Source of the DNA: an uncultured Chloroflexia bacterium
GTDB taxonomy: Bacteria > Chloroflexota > Limnocylindria > Limnocylindrales > CSP1-4
Direction of reading: 5' to 3'
Assembly (NCBI GenBank): GCA_963709605.1
Contig: CAVPWX010000006.1
Location: 9,110 to 73,109 of the forward strand
Length of the DNA stretch: 64,000 bases
Position 1 is the stretch's first letter, and every line of letters begins with the position of its first letter. Of the stretch, positions 1 to 10,734 are shown piece by piece. The notes beneath the pieces were generated by a model that made no database searches, was not told the origin of the DNA, and saw only the letters and a program-made list of their open reading frames with translations. Both the position numbers and the translations under genes were made by a program.

Positions 1-1263
1 ACCACGGCGACGTCACGATCTCGCTCTCGCGCCTCGTCGGCTTCCTGGCCGACAAGGCCGAGAAGGCGGGCGTGGAGCTCTACGGCGGGTACTCGGCGCG
101 GACGCTCCTCGTCGAGGACGGGCGCGTCGTCGGCGTCGCGCTCGGCGAGGTCGGCGGGGACGCGCACGGCGGCGTCAAGTCGAACTACCGGCCGGGCGAG
201 GAGATCCGGGCGCGGGTGACGATCCTCGCCGATGGCTCGCGCGGCGTGCTCTCGACCCAGCTCCGCGAGCGCTTCGGGGCCGGCCGGAACCCGCAGGTCT
301 ACTCGCTCGGCATCAAGGCCGTGGTCCAGTTCGCCGGCGAGAACCCCTTCGGGACCGACCGGGTGATCCACACCCTGGGCTACCCGAACCCGCCGAGCGT
401 CTTCGGCGGCGGCTTCATGTACAGCATGGGCGCGAAGACCGTGGCGGTGGGCCTGATCATGGGGCTCGACTGGAAGTACGGCGACCTGACGCCCCAGCGC
501 GAGTTCGAGCGCTTCCGGGCCCACCCGTTCATCGCCGACCTGCTCAAGGGCTCGGTGACGATCGCGACCGGCGCGAAGACGATCCCCGAGGGCGGCTACT
601 ACGCGCTGGGCAAGCTGGCGGTGCCCGGCGCGCTCGTCGTGGGCGACGGGGCCGGCTTCGTCAACATGGAGAAGATCAAGGGCATCCACTACGGGATGCT
701 CTCGGGGATGGCCGCGGCCGAGACCGTTGCCGAGGGCCTGGCGGCGGCCGACGACGGGCGCGTGGGCCTCTCCGGCTACGTCAAGCGGCTCGAGGAGCGC
801 GGCGTCCTGCCGGACATGCGCCACGCCCGCAACTACCGGCAGAGCTTCCGCTGGGGCATCTATCCCGGCGCGCCGCTCTCGCTCGTCCAGCACCTGGATC
901 CCGGGCGCCTCGGCATGGAGCCCGACTTCCGGCACGAAGCAGGGCGCGCGCCTGGACCGCGCGGACCCGGGCGGCATGGACGGCGCGACGTTCGTCAGCC
1001 TGACCGGCTCGCTCCACCGCGAGGACGAGCCGGCCCACATGACGATCCTCGACCCGGCGAAGTGCCTCTCCTGCGAGCGGGACTACGCCAGCTCCTGCAC
1101 CCACTTCTGCCCGGGCCAGGTCTACCGCTGGGACGGCGAGAAGATCGTCCTGAGCGCCTCGAACTGCCTCCATTGCATGACCTGCGCGGTGAAGTGCCCG
1201 CTGGAGAACATCCGCTGGCTGCCGCCCGAGGGCGGCGAGGGGCCGCGCTTCAAGCAGATGTAG
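1..1263 (+). pseudogene. Electron-transfer flavoprotein:ubiquinone oxidoreductase (ETF-QO / FixC-like). The 5' end lies outside the window, and there is one frameshift near 935-950 as assembled.
   Basis: The frame of ORF 72..1466 is open back to position 1. It reads ..ILADGSRGVLSTQLRERFG..GGGFMYSMG..VVGDGAGFVNMEKIKGIHYGMLSG.., the flavoprotein core. From about 945 the protein-like sequence continues in the frame of ORF 727..1263: HREDEPAHMTILDPAKC..FCPGQVYRW..NCLHCMTCAVKCPLENIRWLPPEGGEGPRFKQM, the ETF-QO 4Fe-4S C-terminal domain. TAG stop at 1261-1263. Confidence 0.85.
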
Positions 1264-1341
1264 GGGCGGACAGGGCGGGCGGGGCGACCCGTCTCGTCGG
1301 CCCTCCCAGTCGCCGGCCCTGGCGCCGGCGCTCTGAGTGCG

Positions 1342-1381
1342 CCCCCCTCCCCTCCCTCTCCCCCCCCTCCTCCCCTCTCTT
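1342..1381. repeat. 40-nt uninterrupted polypyrimidine (C/T) tract; G/A-rich with many G-runs on the minus strand
   Basis: Read directly from the sequence: cccccctcccctccctctcccccccctcctcccctctctt. Confidence 0.9.
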
Positions 1382-1604
1382 GGGGTCAGGAGCCCGTCGC
1401 GCCGCGGCGATCAGGGCGCGCGGCCCGGGTCCTGCGCAGGTAGGGCTGCTCCTCTCCGGGCGGTAGTCGTCGAGCTCCCTGTAGGCGTCGTAGCGAGGCG
1501 GCGGCACAGTCCGGGCGCTGGAAGCTGTGCGTCTCGAGACCTGGCGGGCCGGGCTCCCAGGCGGCTGGGCTTCGGGTCCGCGGCGAGCACCAGGTCACGG
1601 CCAG

Positions 1605-1677
1605 TCCCCCCCCCCCCTCCTCGCCCTGGCCGCGGATCGGCTCGTCGACCCAGAGGCCGACCCTCTCCCCCCCCCTC
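1605..1677. repeat. Two long C homopolymers, C12 at 1606-1617 and C9 at 1667-1675, embedded in short pyrimidine tracts
   Basis: Read directly: ..agt cccccccccccc tcctc.. and ..ccctct ccccccccc tcgtg.. Confidence 0.9.
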
Positions 1678-1949
1678 GTGCGGCCACCCGCCCCATACGC
1701 CGCCTGTCACCCCGCCGCGGATCCGCCTGCATCGACGCGGACGAAGATCGCGACAGGACGGAGTCGGAGCGCCGGTCACGCCATGTTCCACCGGCTGATC
1801 GCGTCCACGATCCCGGACATCTGCTCCGCGGGAGCGTCCGGCTGGAGTCACTCGAAACCCGACGCGATGGCGTAGCCTAGCGCACGTCCGCCGTCGACTA
1901 GATCGCTTCGCGCCGGCCGGCGCCCGCCACCCACGAGGGGACCCCGCCG

Positions 1950-3536
1950 ATGCATCGAGACCGACCGCGGCCGCCGCTCGGCTCGTCGCCGGGCTGGGAC
2001 CCCGTGACGGAGCGGCCGGTGTCGCCGTCGCTCGGCGCGCGCCTGGCGCCGGTCTTCGTGTTCGCCGCATCGCTGGCGCTCTACCTGTGGACGCTCCTGC
2101 CCGGCATGGCGTTCGATGACTGGGGCGAGCTGCAGACCGTGCCCCACGTGCTCGGCATCGCCCACCCGACCGGCTACCCCACGTACATCCTGACGGCCTG
2201 GCTCTTCAGCTGCTGCCGATCGGGTCGGTCGCGTTCCGGGCGAACCTGTTCGCCGCCGTGTGCGTTGCCGTGGCGCTGGCGGCGATGACATCCACGTCGC
2301 TGCGGCTCGGCGTGCGCCGGGCATCGCAGCCGTGGCCGCCGTCGCGACGGGGGCGATCGGCACGATCTGGGCGTCGGCGGTCGTCGCGGAGGTCAACGCG
2401 CTCCACCTCGCGCTCATCGCGCTCCTCGTGAACCGCTCCCTCGCCTGGGCGGACGAGCGGCGCACGCGCGATCTCGCGCTCGGTGGCCTGCTGATCGGCC
2501 TGTCGCTCGGCAATCACCTGCTCACCGCGTTCGTGGCCCCGTTCTTCGTGCTGTTCGCCCTGTGGGCGGGCCGGCGGACGCTCCTCGAGCGGAAGTGGCT
2601 GATCCTGGCACCGGCCGCGGCCGTGCTGGCCGGCCTCGCGGTCTACGCGTACATCCCGATCGCCGCGAGCCTCGAGCCGCCGCTCCCCTACAACCACCCC
2701 ACGACCGTCGACGCCTTCTGGTTCCTCGTGACCGGGGAGCAGTTCCGCGGCCAGTACGAGGGCCTGTTCACGACATCGAGCCTCGGCGTCCTGGTGGACG
2801 CGCTCCCGAAGCTATGGACGACGACGCTGGCCCAGGCGACGGCGGTCGTGCCGATCGTCGGGCTGGCAGGCATCGCGATCCTCGTGGTCAGGCGGACGGC
2901 ATTCGGCCTCGCCTGCGTGGGCGCGCTGCTCGTCGGGATCGGCATCTGGGCGAACTACCTGCGCCTGGAGCACTACCTGCTGGTGCCCTGGCTGCTGCTG
3001 GGCCTCGGGGCGGCGGTGGCGGTCGAGGGGGCGGCGCGCGGCTCGAGGCCGTCCTGCCGCGCCGCGCCGACGCCGCCGCGGGACACGCGGCGGCCCTCGC
3101 CGCGGCGGCGTTTGCGGTGACGCTGATCGCGGTCAACCTCCCGACGGCGGACCTGAGCGGCGACCGTTCCGCCCGGACGTACGTGGACACGCTGTTCGGG
3201 GCGCTGCCGGCGGACGCGGCGATCTTCTCGTTCTCGGGGGCGTCGCCGCCGCTGTGGCACGCCCAGCTCGTCCTCGGGGAGCGGCCCGACGTGCTGGTCG
3301 TGGACGACACGAACATCGTGTACGAGGGCTGGGGCACGCCCGAGGCCCGGATGGAACCGCTGATCTGCTCGCGGCCCGTGTTCATCCTGCCGATCGGGGA
3401 CAGCGTCCTGGACCCGATGCGCGAGCGCTTCACCGTGACCGAGGCGCTGACGGTCCGCGTGGGCGCGCGGGGGCCGACCGCGCAGTACACCCTGCCCGTG
3501 TACCGCGTGGAGCCGGGACCGGGGACCTGCAACTAG
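1950..3536 (+). pseudogene. DUF2723 (TMEM260-like) membrane glycosyltransferase-family protein, with three frameshifts as assembled
   Basis: The N-terminus LLPGMAFDDWGELQTVPHVLGIAHPTGYPTYILTAWLFS is the DUF2723 hallmark. The sensible protein path changes frame three times. Frame of ORF 1950 runs to about 2209. An unlisted frame then reads LLPIGSVAFRANLFAAVCVAVALAAMTSTSLRLGV to about 2318. The frame of ORF 2260 follows (IAAVAAVATGAIG..multi-TM..) to about 3030-3042, next to a G5 run at 3027-3031. The frame of ORF 2562 (..AAFAVTLIAVNLPTADLSGDRSARTYVDTLF..YRVEPGPGTCN) finishes it, with TAG stop at 3534-3536. Each shift is in the same direction, consistent with single-base losses. Confidence 0.8.
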
Positions 3537-3796
3537 CGCCGGGCTCCGCGGACCGGCTGCGCGCGGCCGACGGGCCCGCGCGGCGAGACGCGCACCGGAC
3601 GGCGCGCCGGTGCGCCGATCAGTGCGCCGGCAGACCGAAGATTGCGATCTCGGAGACCAAGCCCGCGGGCCGGGCGCCGCGACGGGCGTCAGCGCCGGCC
3701 GGGGGATGCTCCACCGGCACCAGGCGCGAAGGCCATGGCCCGACGATCCTCGCAGGGCCAGGGAGACGGGGCACGTGGTCTTCCCCGGGACGGCCG

Positions 3797-6700
3797 TCAG
3801 CGGGTGCCGATCGTCACCCTGCCACCCGGTGCCGTGGTCCCCACGTCGGCTGCCCCCTCGAGCTGCAGGACCGCCCGCTCCCAGGTGAACGTGCCCTCGT
3901 TCACGACCCGGGCCAGGTAGCGGAGGGTGCCTTCCCGGACGGCGGCCCCACGTCCTCGAAGACGGGGTTCGGGACACAGAAGGTGACCCGCTGACCGACG
4001 ACGCTCGTCGGCCCCAGCACGGCGTTCCCGGTGCCGACGTCCCACGACGGCAGGGGGGCCAGCCCGCTCGGGACCTCCTCCACGACCTCGTAGCATGGCG
4101 CCTCGAGAGCGTACGGGCCGAAGGCCACGTGCAGATCCATCTTCACCAGGTGATCCACCGGCAGCGGGTCGGTCGGAATCCGTCGGGTCAGCGTCAGCCC
4201 GGGGCTCGTGGGCAGCGAAGCGGGGTCGGCCGGCTCGCGCCAGCTGACGGCGAGGCCGACCTTCCCGGCGATGGACTCGAGCTTCAGCCCCGAGCGCTGC
4301 GCCGCGGTCAGGACGAGCGTCTCCGAGTCGCCGGGCTCCAGCCGCACGACGGTCCGCTCGCCGTCCACGGTGTAGGCGAACGAGGCGGCCACGGCGGGGG
4401 TGTGCTCGAGGGCGGCCTGGGCGGCAGTCACCAGCTCGAGTGCGAGGGAGGTCTCGCCGGATGGCTGCGAGCGCACGTAGTCCATCATCGACGGGGCGAG
4501 CGGGTCGCCCACCCGGGCCGCGAGGACGGCGAGGAGCGCCGTCGCCTCGGTCGTGGCATCGAGGTCGCCGACCCGGAGCCGGACCCAGGGGCCGAGCTGC
4601 TGGCCGTGGCGCGAGAGCAGCTCACGCTCGATCGCGATCGCCGAGGCGTCGTCACCAGTCGCGGCGTAGCCGAGACCCAGGTGCAGCCTCTCGGTGACGG
4701 TGAGGCCGTCGAGCGCCCCGGCCGCCTCCAGGTCGTCCGCCACGGGCTCGCCCAGCGCGGCCAGGCCGGCGACCGCGGCGATCCGCAGGTCGCGGCGGGC
4801 GGTGCCGCCGTCGCGCACGGCGATCAGCACGTCGCGCAGGCTCGCAGTGTTGAGTGCCTCCGGTGCGAGGATCGCCACCCGGCTGGCCACCCACGGGTCG
4901 ACGCCGCTGTACGGCAGCAGCGCCGCCCCGGCGAGTCGAGCGCCGCTCTCGTCCTGGGTCACCTCGAGCGGGTAGCGCGTCGGATCGAACGTGTCGGGCG
5001 GCAGCGTCGCCGGGTCCCGGCCGAAGGTGCCCACGAGCAGGCCGTGGGCCGTCCAGGTGGCGATGGCCCGATCGAGCCGCACGCCGGCCGGATAGACGAA
5101 GGCCTCCAGGTACGGCACGTAGCGGGCGCGTCCCGCGTCGGTGAAGGTGAACGTCGCCGCCTCGTCGCCGACGAGGGCCGGCAGCGGCCGGCCGACCTCG
5201 AGGAACTCGGTGCGGGCGGCGCTCAGCCGCGAGCGCACGACCCCGAACGTCCGGCTCAGGCGGTCCGCCAGCGGTTTCCCGGCGGCGTCGAGGCGGGTCG
5301 GCGCGGTCACGGAGACGGTCAACGATTGAGTGCCGAGCGCCAGGTCGGGCAGCTCGAGGTCCACCTCGCGGAAGGCGGTGCCGGTCAGGCGGGTCTCCGG
5401 GAGGCGCAGCGAGACCGAGCCGACGGTGAAGACGACCGGGTCATCGGCCTGGAGCGCCTCACCGTAGGCCCGCAGCCGGATGATCGGCCGGTCGCTCAGC
5501 AGGTACTCGTCGGCGACCGTCGCGTCGACGAAGACCGGCAGCCCGACGGGCACCAGCAGGTCGTCGACGCCGGCTTCCAGGTCGGCCGTCATGGCCGAGA
5601 CGGACACGTGCCACGAGGTGAGGTCGTCGGACAGGCGGACAGTCGTCGTCGCCCGCCCGGTCGCGTCGGTCGCGAGGGCCCGGAAGGCCACCGTGTCCCG
5701 GAAGTCGCTGCGTTCGTTGACGGTCGTGTTGCCTCCTTCGCCCTCGGATCCGGCGTCCACCGGGACCTGGTGGGTGGAGGTCAGGCGGACGATGCCGCTG
5801 TCCACCGGGGCGTAGAGCCGGCCGAGCGGATCGGGCACCGAGGCCCGGCCAATCTCGAAGAGCTTCTCGTCCACGGCCTGGAGGACGACGCTGGCCGCGA
5901 CCGGCCGGCCGGCGCGGTCCCGGGTCGTGATCGTGAGGGTCGCGTCCTCGCCCGGGCGGTAGCGGGCCCGGTCGGCGGTCACCGTGACATCCAGCCCGCG
6001 CTCCGTCTCGTCGAAGTTGGCCCAGGCCGCGGCCTTCGGGGCGTAGGTCGAGCCGGTGAACCGAATGCCCATGACGAAGATGCGGGGCGCGTCGGCGGCC
6101 GTGAAGGTCCGCTCGAACGTCGGCGAGGTCGTGACGGTGGCCGACCGCAGGCCGCGCTGGGCGACGACGTAGAGGAAGCGGTCCGTCGGCGCCGGCTCCA
6201 CGGGCTCGCCGTCGTCGGTGATCTGCCAGACCACCATCTTGCCGATCCCGTACTCTTCTTCGCCGGTGCCCTCGCCCGCGGGGGTCTCGAACTGCACGCC
6301 GGACTGCGCTGACCAGGGGTCGTACGGGACGCCCACCCAGATCCGGCGCCGCGCGGCCCGGCCCTCCGGGTCGGCGGTCTCGGCGGTGATCTCGTACTCG
6401 TGCGCGGCTTCCGGCACCGCCACGTCGGCCGAGAGGCGGCCGCGCGCGTCGGTCGTCACGGTGAGCGTCCGCACCAGCTCGCGCCGCGTGTCGTGCTCGT
6501 AGCGCGGGCGGACGACCTTCTCGATGAAATCGTAGTCGGTGCCGACCTGGCGGCTGACCGGGACGAGCTCGGTGACCGTGATCTTGACCTTCGCGCCGGG
6601 CACCGGGGCGCCGTCGGGGTCGTTGGTCTCCTCGTCCCAGCGGTCCCACGTCCCCGCCGCGACGGCCGCCTCGACCCTGGCGAGGTCCACCTCGTCCACC

Positions 6701-8913
6701 GAGCCGTTGATCCGCAGGGTCCGCCCGTCGAGCGCTCCCTCCAGGTCGATGTCGTGGGAGGTCGGGAAGACGATGACATCCGCATCGGCGCCGATCTCGG
6801 CTTCTTCCTGGACCGCCGGGGTGACGCCCAGCCCCTCGTCCTGGCCGCCGGTGTCCCAGCGGCAGTAGTCGTCGGAGCATGCGTCGGCGTTCATCTCGAC
6901 GGACACCACGTCGCGCCCCGTCGCGTCCGTCGCCGCCCGTCCCAGCTCTCCGTACGTGATCGGCAGGTCCGGGACCGGCGAGCCGTCGAAGAAGGTCGCG
7001 GTCGTCGTGAAGCGCACGGTCGTGCCGCTGAAGACCGCCAGTCGATCGGGCTCGAGGTCAAGGCGGTAGGCGGGCTTGCGGATGACGCCGACCTCGACGT
7101 ATGCGGAGGCGACGACGCGGCCGTCGACCACGGCCTGGACGCGGTAGTTGCCGATCGGGATGCGCGAGAGCCGGAGCGACGCGCTGAATGTCCCTGCCGC
7201 GTCCGGCGGTACGTCCGACCGGGCGACGGTCGGCGGGTCGTCCGTCGACTCCACGTCGCTATGGATCAGCCGCAGCCGGACCGATGGGGGGACCGAGCCG
7301 TCGTCGCGACCTCGCAGGTACCCCCAGACGTCGATCACGTCGGTGGTCCGGTAGAGGCCGCGCTCCGTGAGCAGCAGCGACCAGTAGGTCGAAATCGGCC
7401 GACCCCATCCGCTCCCACCACTCGCCACGGTAGACGCCGCCGTCCCAGCCGACTTCGAAGGGGACGAGGAGGACGGCGCCCGAGGCGGATCGAACCTCCA
7501 GCAGGGGCGGGCTCTCGGGAGCCTCGCGGTCGCCTGCCTCCGCCGGCGGCACCAATGCATCCGGTGTCGGCCCGATCACGAGGCCGTCCGCGGCGGAGCG
7601 CCCGATCGACGCCCCGTCGAGCACGCCGGCGGTCGCCCCGGCAATCGGCTCGCCGGTGGAGGTGTCGTTGACCCAGACCACGGTCTGGTCGGTCAGCACG
7701 GAGACCCATGCCGACACCGGCGTGACCTGGAGGAAGGCCTGGCTCGGCCGGGCATCCTGGATCTCGACGACGTACCAGCCCTCCGGCAGGGGCGCCGGGA
7801 AGCGGATGGCGCCGGCGTCCTCGAATACTCGGCGGAGGAGAATGGCTCCACCGGCGTGGAGAACGTGGCCGCGACCGGCAGCCCCTCGGTCGGCATCATC
7901 GGGGTCGAGTACGCCGTCCAGCGGGGCGCGACCAGGAAGTCCGCGAGCAGCGAGGCGGCCGCGTCGAGCGTCGGGATGCGGTAGACGCGGATGTCCGCCG
8001 TCCTGGCGGCGGCCGGCGCCTGGGGGTCGGCCGTCTAGGGTTCGAGGACGCCGATGACGGTGGCTTCGGTGGGGCTGGTCTCGACGGTGTCGCGGGCGAA
8101 CTGCAGCCACGGCGTGAGATCGTGCTCGCCGGCGGTCTCGAAGCGGAAGACGACGTCGGACTCGAGCGCCAGGTCGGTGTCGGTGCGCGACAGGCCGGCC
8201 GCGATCGTCACCGTGTAGAGCGTCTCGTCGGCGAGGGAGTCGGGGATGAAGACCTGGGTCCGGCCGTGCCGCTCGAAGCGGCCGGGCACGGCCGGCTCGA
8301 TGGTGAAGTGGTCGCGCATGTCGGCGACGCCGTCCTGGTCGAAGGTCACCTCGATGCCGGTCCGGGCGGGCACCGCCGTGGTCCGGTCGCCCGGGATCGT
8401 GCTCAGGACATGGACGGGGGAGCGGACCCGGAACGCCCACGACGCGGCGAGGCTGCCATCCGCGGCCCGCAGGGTGAAGCGGTACTGGGTGCCGGGATCG
8501 AGCCCTCCCCGCGGCGCCAGCGTCGCGGTCCGCTCATCGGAGCCGGCCTCGATGCCCAGCTCGGCGTCGGGACTGACCTGGACGCGGGCTGCCATCGCCC
8601 TCGCGGGCTCACCGGTCAGGCTCGTGAGCGCGAAGCGCCCGTCGGGCGCGACGCCGGTCGCGTCGACGGGGATCGCCTCCAGCGTCGCGACGGGCGCCAG
8701 GGGGAGCAGCTCGACGGGTCGCCAGACCTCGCCGGTGCTCGCGCCGGGCGTGACTACCGGGGTGGTGACCGGGGTCGCGAGGGCCTCCGGGCTCGATCGG
8801 GGTGGCGGGAAGGCCACCACCAGCGACACCGCGATGATGCCGATGACCACGGCCACGGCGACGCGTGCCGCTCGCGATCGGATGGGACGCCAGGAACGCT
8901 CGGTCCCGGCCAT
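3797..8913 (-). pseudogene. Giant bacterial alpha-2-macroglobulin-family protein (about 1700 aa) with an N-terminal membrane anchor and an SbsA-type Ig domain. Three frameshifts plus one in-frame TAG as assembled.
   Basis: - ORF 8035..8913 gives the start: RBS gagggag 9 nt upstream of the ATG, a TM segment VAVAVVIGIIAVSLVVAF, and the Ig-like region VLSTIPGDRTTAVPARTGIEVTFDQ..
- The same frame stays protein-like past the TAG at 8035-8037: TADPQAPAAARTADIRVYRIPTLDAAASLLADFLVAPRW..
- Frame switches occur near 7825-7850, near 7403-7412 (C4 run 7403-7406) and near 3946-3951 (C4 run 3946-3949).
- The body ORF 3901..7560 carries A2M-like segments: NERSDFRDTVAFRALATDATGRATTTVRLSDDLTSWHVSVSAM.
- The true C-terminus RYLARVVNEGTFTWERAVLQLEG.. 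is in ORF 3797..4096. Confidence 0.8.
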
Positions 8914-9125
8914 TGCGATCGTCTCCCTCGATCCTCGCCTTGGACAGGCGGTCCCCGGGCAGGTGGCCGTCCCCCATGAGACGAACCGGCGCGTCGCGTG
9001 TGGCGCGGATCTCGGCCGCGCCGAAGGGTCAGGTCAATTCGCTGATCGGGCTGGCGCCCAGCTGGCCGTTCGTGATCGTGATGGCGTACGGCCTCCCGGC
9101 ACGCCCGGTGCGCCGACCCGGCCGG

Positions 9126-10322
9126 TCAGGTGCGATCTCGCGACACCTCTCGCCGCCCGCCTGCGGGTGGGACATTGCGCGATCCAGCCCGGATGGGGAT
9201 GAGCAAGACCGTGGCAGCCAGCGCCAGGCATCCTCCGAGGACGGAGGCGAGCCCATAGCCCAGGTGCTGCACCAGGGATCCCGCCACGGCGAATCCGACG
9301 ACCCCGCCCACCCAGACCGTGGCCCCGAAGAAGGCGAGCCCCTTGCCGAGAAGCTCGCGAGGGACCAGGTCGGTCACCCAGGCGCTGCCGATCGAGCTGT
9401 TGCTGCCCACCGCGATCCCCTGCAGGATGAAGACCAGCCAGAACTGCCACAGGACGCTCGAGGCCGGCAGCAGGATCAGCGCCGCCAGCGCGGAGAGATA
9501 GCCGACGGCGAGAAGGGGCCTTCGGTCGATCCGATCGGAGAGCCAGCCCATCAGGAGGGGCAGGGGCATCGAGATCAGGCCCCCGACGGCTCCCGTGCTC
9601 GAGATCTCGAGGGGACCGAACCCTTGGTCGCTCATCTCGAACGACCGGATCAGGACGATGAAGAACCCCGCGACGGACAGGACAGTGCTGGCCGCACAGA
9701 GCAGCAGGTAGTCGGTTCCCGGTGACCTCCGGCTCGGGGACGTGTCCTCGTCAGGGGGCCTGACGTCCTCCTTCTCCTCCAGGCCGAGCGCCGCCACCGG
9801 CCACACGAGCATGACGACCCCGAGGACCCCGAACATGGCGGCGTGTCCCCAGTCCCGCACGAGCCAGCCGGTCCCCAGCCCGCCCACGAACGCTCCCAGC
9901 CCGCTGGTCAGGGCAAGGACGCCGAAGGCCTTGCCCCGTTCGTTCTCCCCGGCCGACAGGCCGGTCAGTATCCCGAGCAGGGCCAGTCCCATGCCGCCGC
10001 AGAACCACAGGAGGGCGGTCAGCAGGCTCAGCGCCCAGACCGAGCTCACCTGTCCCATCAGCCACGGCAGGGGGACGGCCGCCACGCCGACGATGATCAA
10101 GGGAAGCCTGCGGCGATAGCGGCTCCCGGATACCCATCCAGCCGACGTGGCACCGAGGGCGAGGGCAAGGTACGAGAACGCGAGATACAGGCCCGCCAGC
10201 GTGGGGTCCGCACCGAGCTTGGCGGCATACACCGGCAGCAGCGGGAGCAGGCCGTTCCCAACGGTCCAGGGGACCAGGCTGCACACGAACAGCGAGGCAA
10301 GCTGCCGTCGACCGATCCTCAT
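9126..10322 (-). CDS. MFS transporter
   Basis: Intact 398-aa ORF with about 12 hydrophobic segments in two halves. It has an MFS-type loop motif (GWLSDRIDRRPLL) and an ATG start at 10322. Confidence 0.8.
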   Translation of the reverse strand: MRIGRRQLASLFVCSLVPWTVGNGLLPLLPVYAAKLGADPTLAGLYLAFSYLALALGATSAGWVSGSRYRRRLPLIIVGVAAVPLPWLMGQVSSVWALSLLTALLWFCGGMGLALLGILTGLSAGENERGKAFGVLALTSGLGAFVGGLGTGWLVRDWGHAAMFGVLGVVMLVWPVAALGLEEKEDVRPPDEDTSPSRRSPGTDYLLLCAASTVLSVAGFFIVLIRSFEMSDQGFGPLEISSTGAVGGLISMPLPLLMGWLSDRIDRRPLLAVGYLSALAALILLPASSVLWQFWLVFILQGIAVGSNSSIGSAWVTDLVPRELLGKGLAFFGATVWVGGVVGFAVAGSLVQHLGYGLASVLGGCLALAATVLLIPIRAGSRNVPPAGGRREVSRDRT

Positions 10323-10540
10323 CGCCAGTCGCCTACCGTACGCGGCGGTCGGGCATCTGGCGAGAGGCGAACGGCCCCCGGACGCCCGGTGCGCGTCCGA
10401 TCCCGCGAGCGGAGCGCCTGAGGCGGAGGCGGGGGCGGGTCGAAGCCGGCTCTACCTCGCGTCGCGGGCGTGATGGTTTGGCCCTGCAGCCCACCGCCGC
10501 TCCCGGCCGACGCCGGTCGGGGCGGTCGAGACCGCCGGAT

Positions 10541-10734
10541 CTACTTCCAGGTGATCGTCCCTGCGTAGGTCGCGCTGGCGTCGATGCCGGAGCTGACCCA
10601 CGTGCCGGCCCCGCTGATGCGTTCACTGACCCGGCATAGGCCGCCGTGGCATGGAACGGCCCCCGACCGTCCCAGATCGCCGTGTTCTCACTCCCCGGTT
10701 TGGAGGCCGGACCGGGAGCAGGAGGCCGGGACGA
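10541..10734 (-). other. Start-less coding-like remnant immediately downstream of vapC, itself split by a frameshift at a C4 run
   Basis: After the vapC stop, the same frame reads ..ENTAIWDGRGPFHATAAYAGSVNASAG. Shifting one base at the cccc run (10609-10612) continues it as GTWVSSGIDASATYAGTITWK, ending in TAG at 10541-10543. The motif A-x-Y-A-G occurs twice. I found no ATG or GTG start upstream of the fragment. Confidence 0.3.

Noticed and set aside
4129-6312. 727-aa ORF on the plus strand opposite the A2M gene. Similar long ORFs occur at 5459..6880 -, 6400..7671 + and 8122..9202 +.
   Set aside because: The composition is dominated by Arg/Gly/Pro/Ala/Asp with no recognisable motifs. They fully overlap a gene with clear family signatures. 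These are classic shadow ORFs of GC3-rich DNA.
1700-8037. Stop-codon recoding (pyrrolysine at TAG, selenocysteine or an alternative code at TGA) as an explanation for the in-frame stops
   Set aside because: TAG and TGA clearly terminate neighbouring well-defined genes: TAG for ETF-QO, DUF2723, the ABC ATPase and DUF4349, and TGA in many coupled GTGA junctions. No pyl or sel genes or SECIS-like context were noticed. The same loci also carry frameshifts.
10541-10690. The SGAGTWVSSGIDASATYAGTITWK peptide as a RiPP or bacteriocin precursor next to the MFS exporter
   Set aside because: It has no start codon or leader and needs a frameshift correction. No modification enzymes, protease or immunity genes are nearby.
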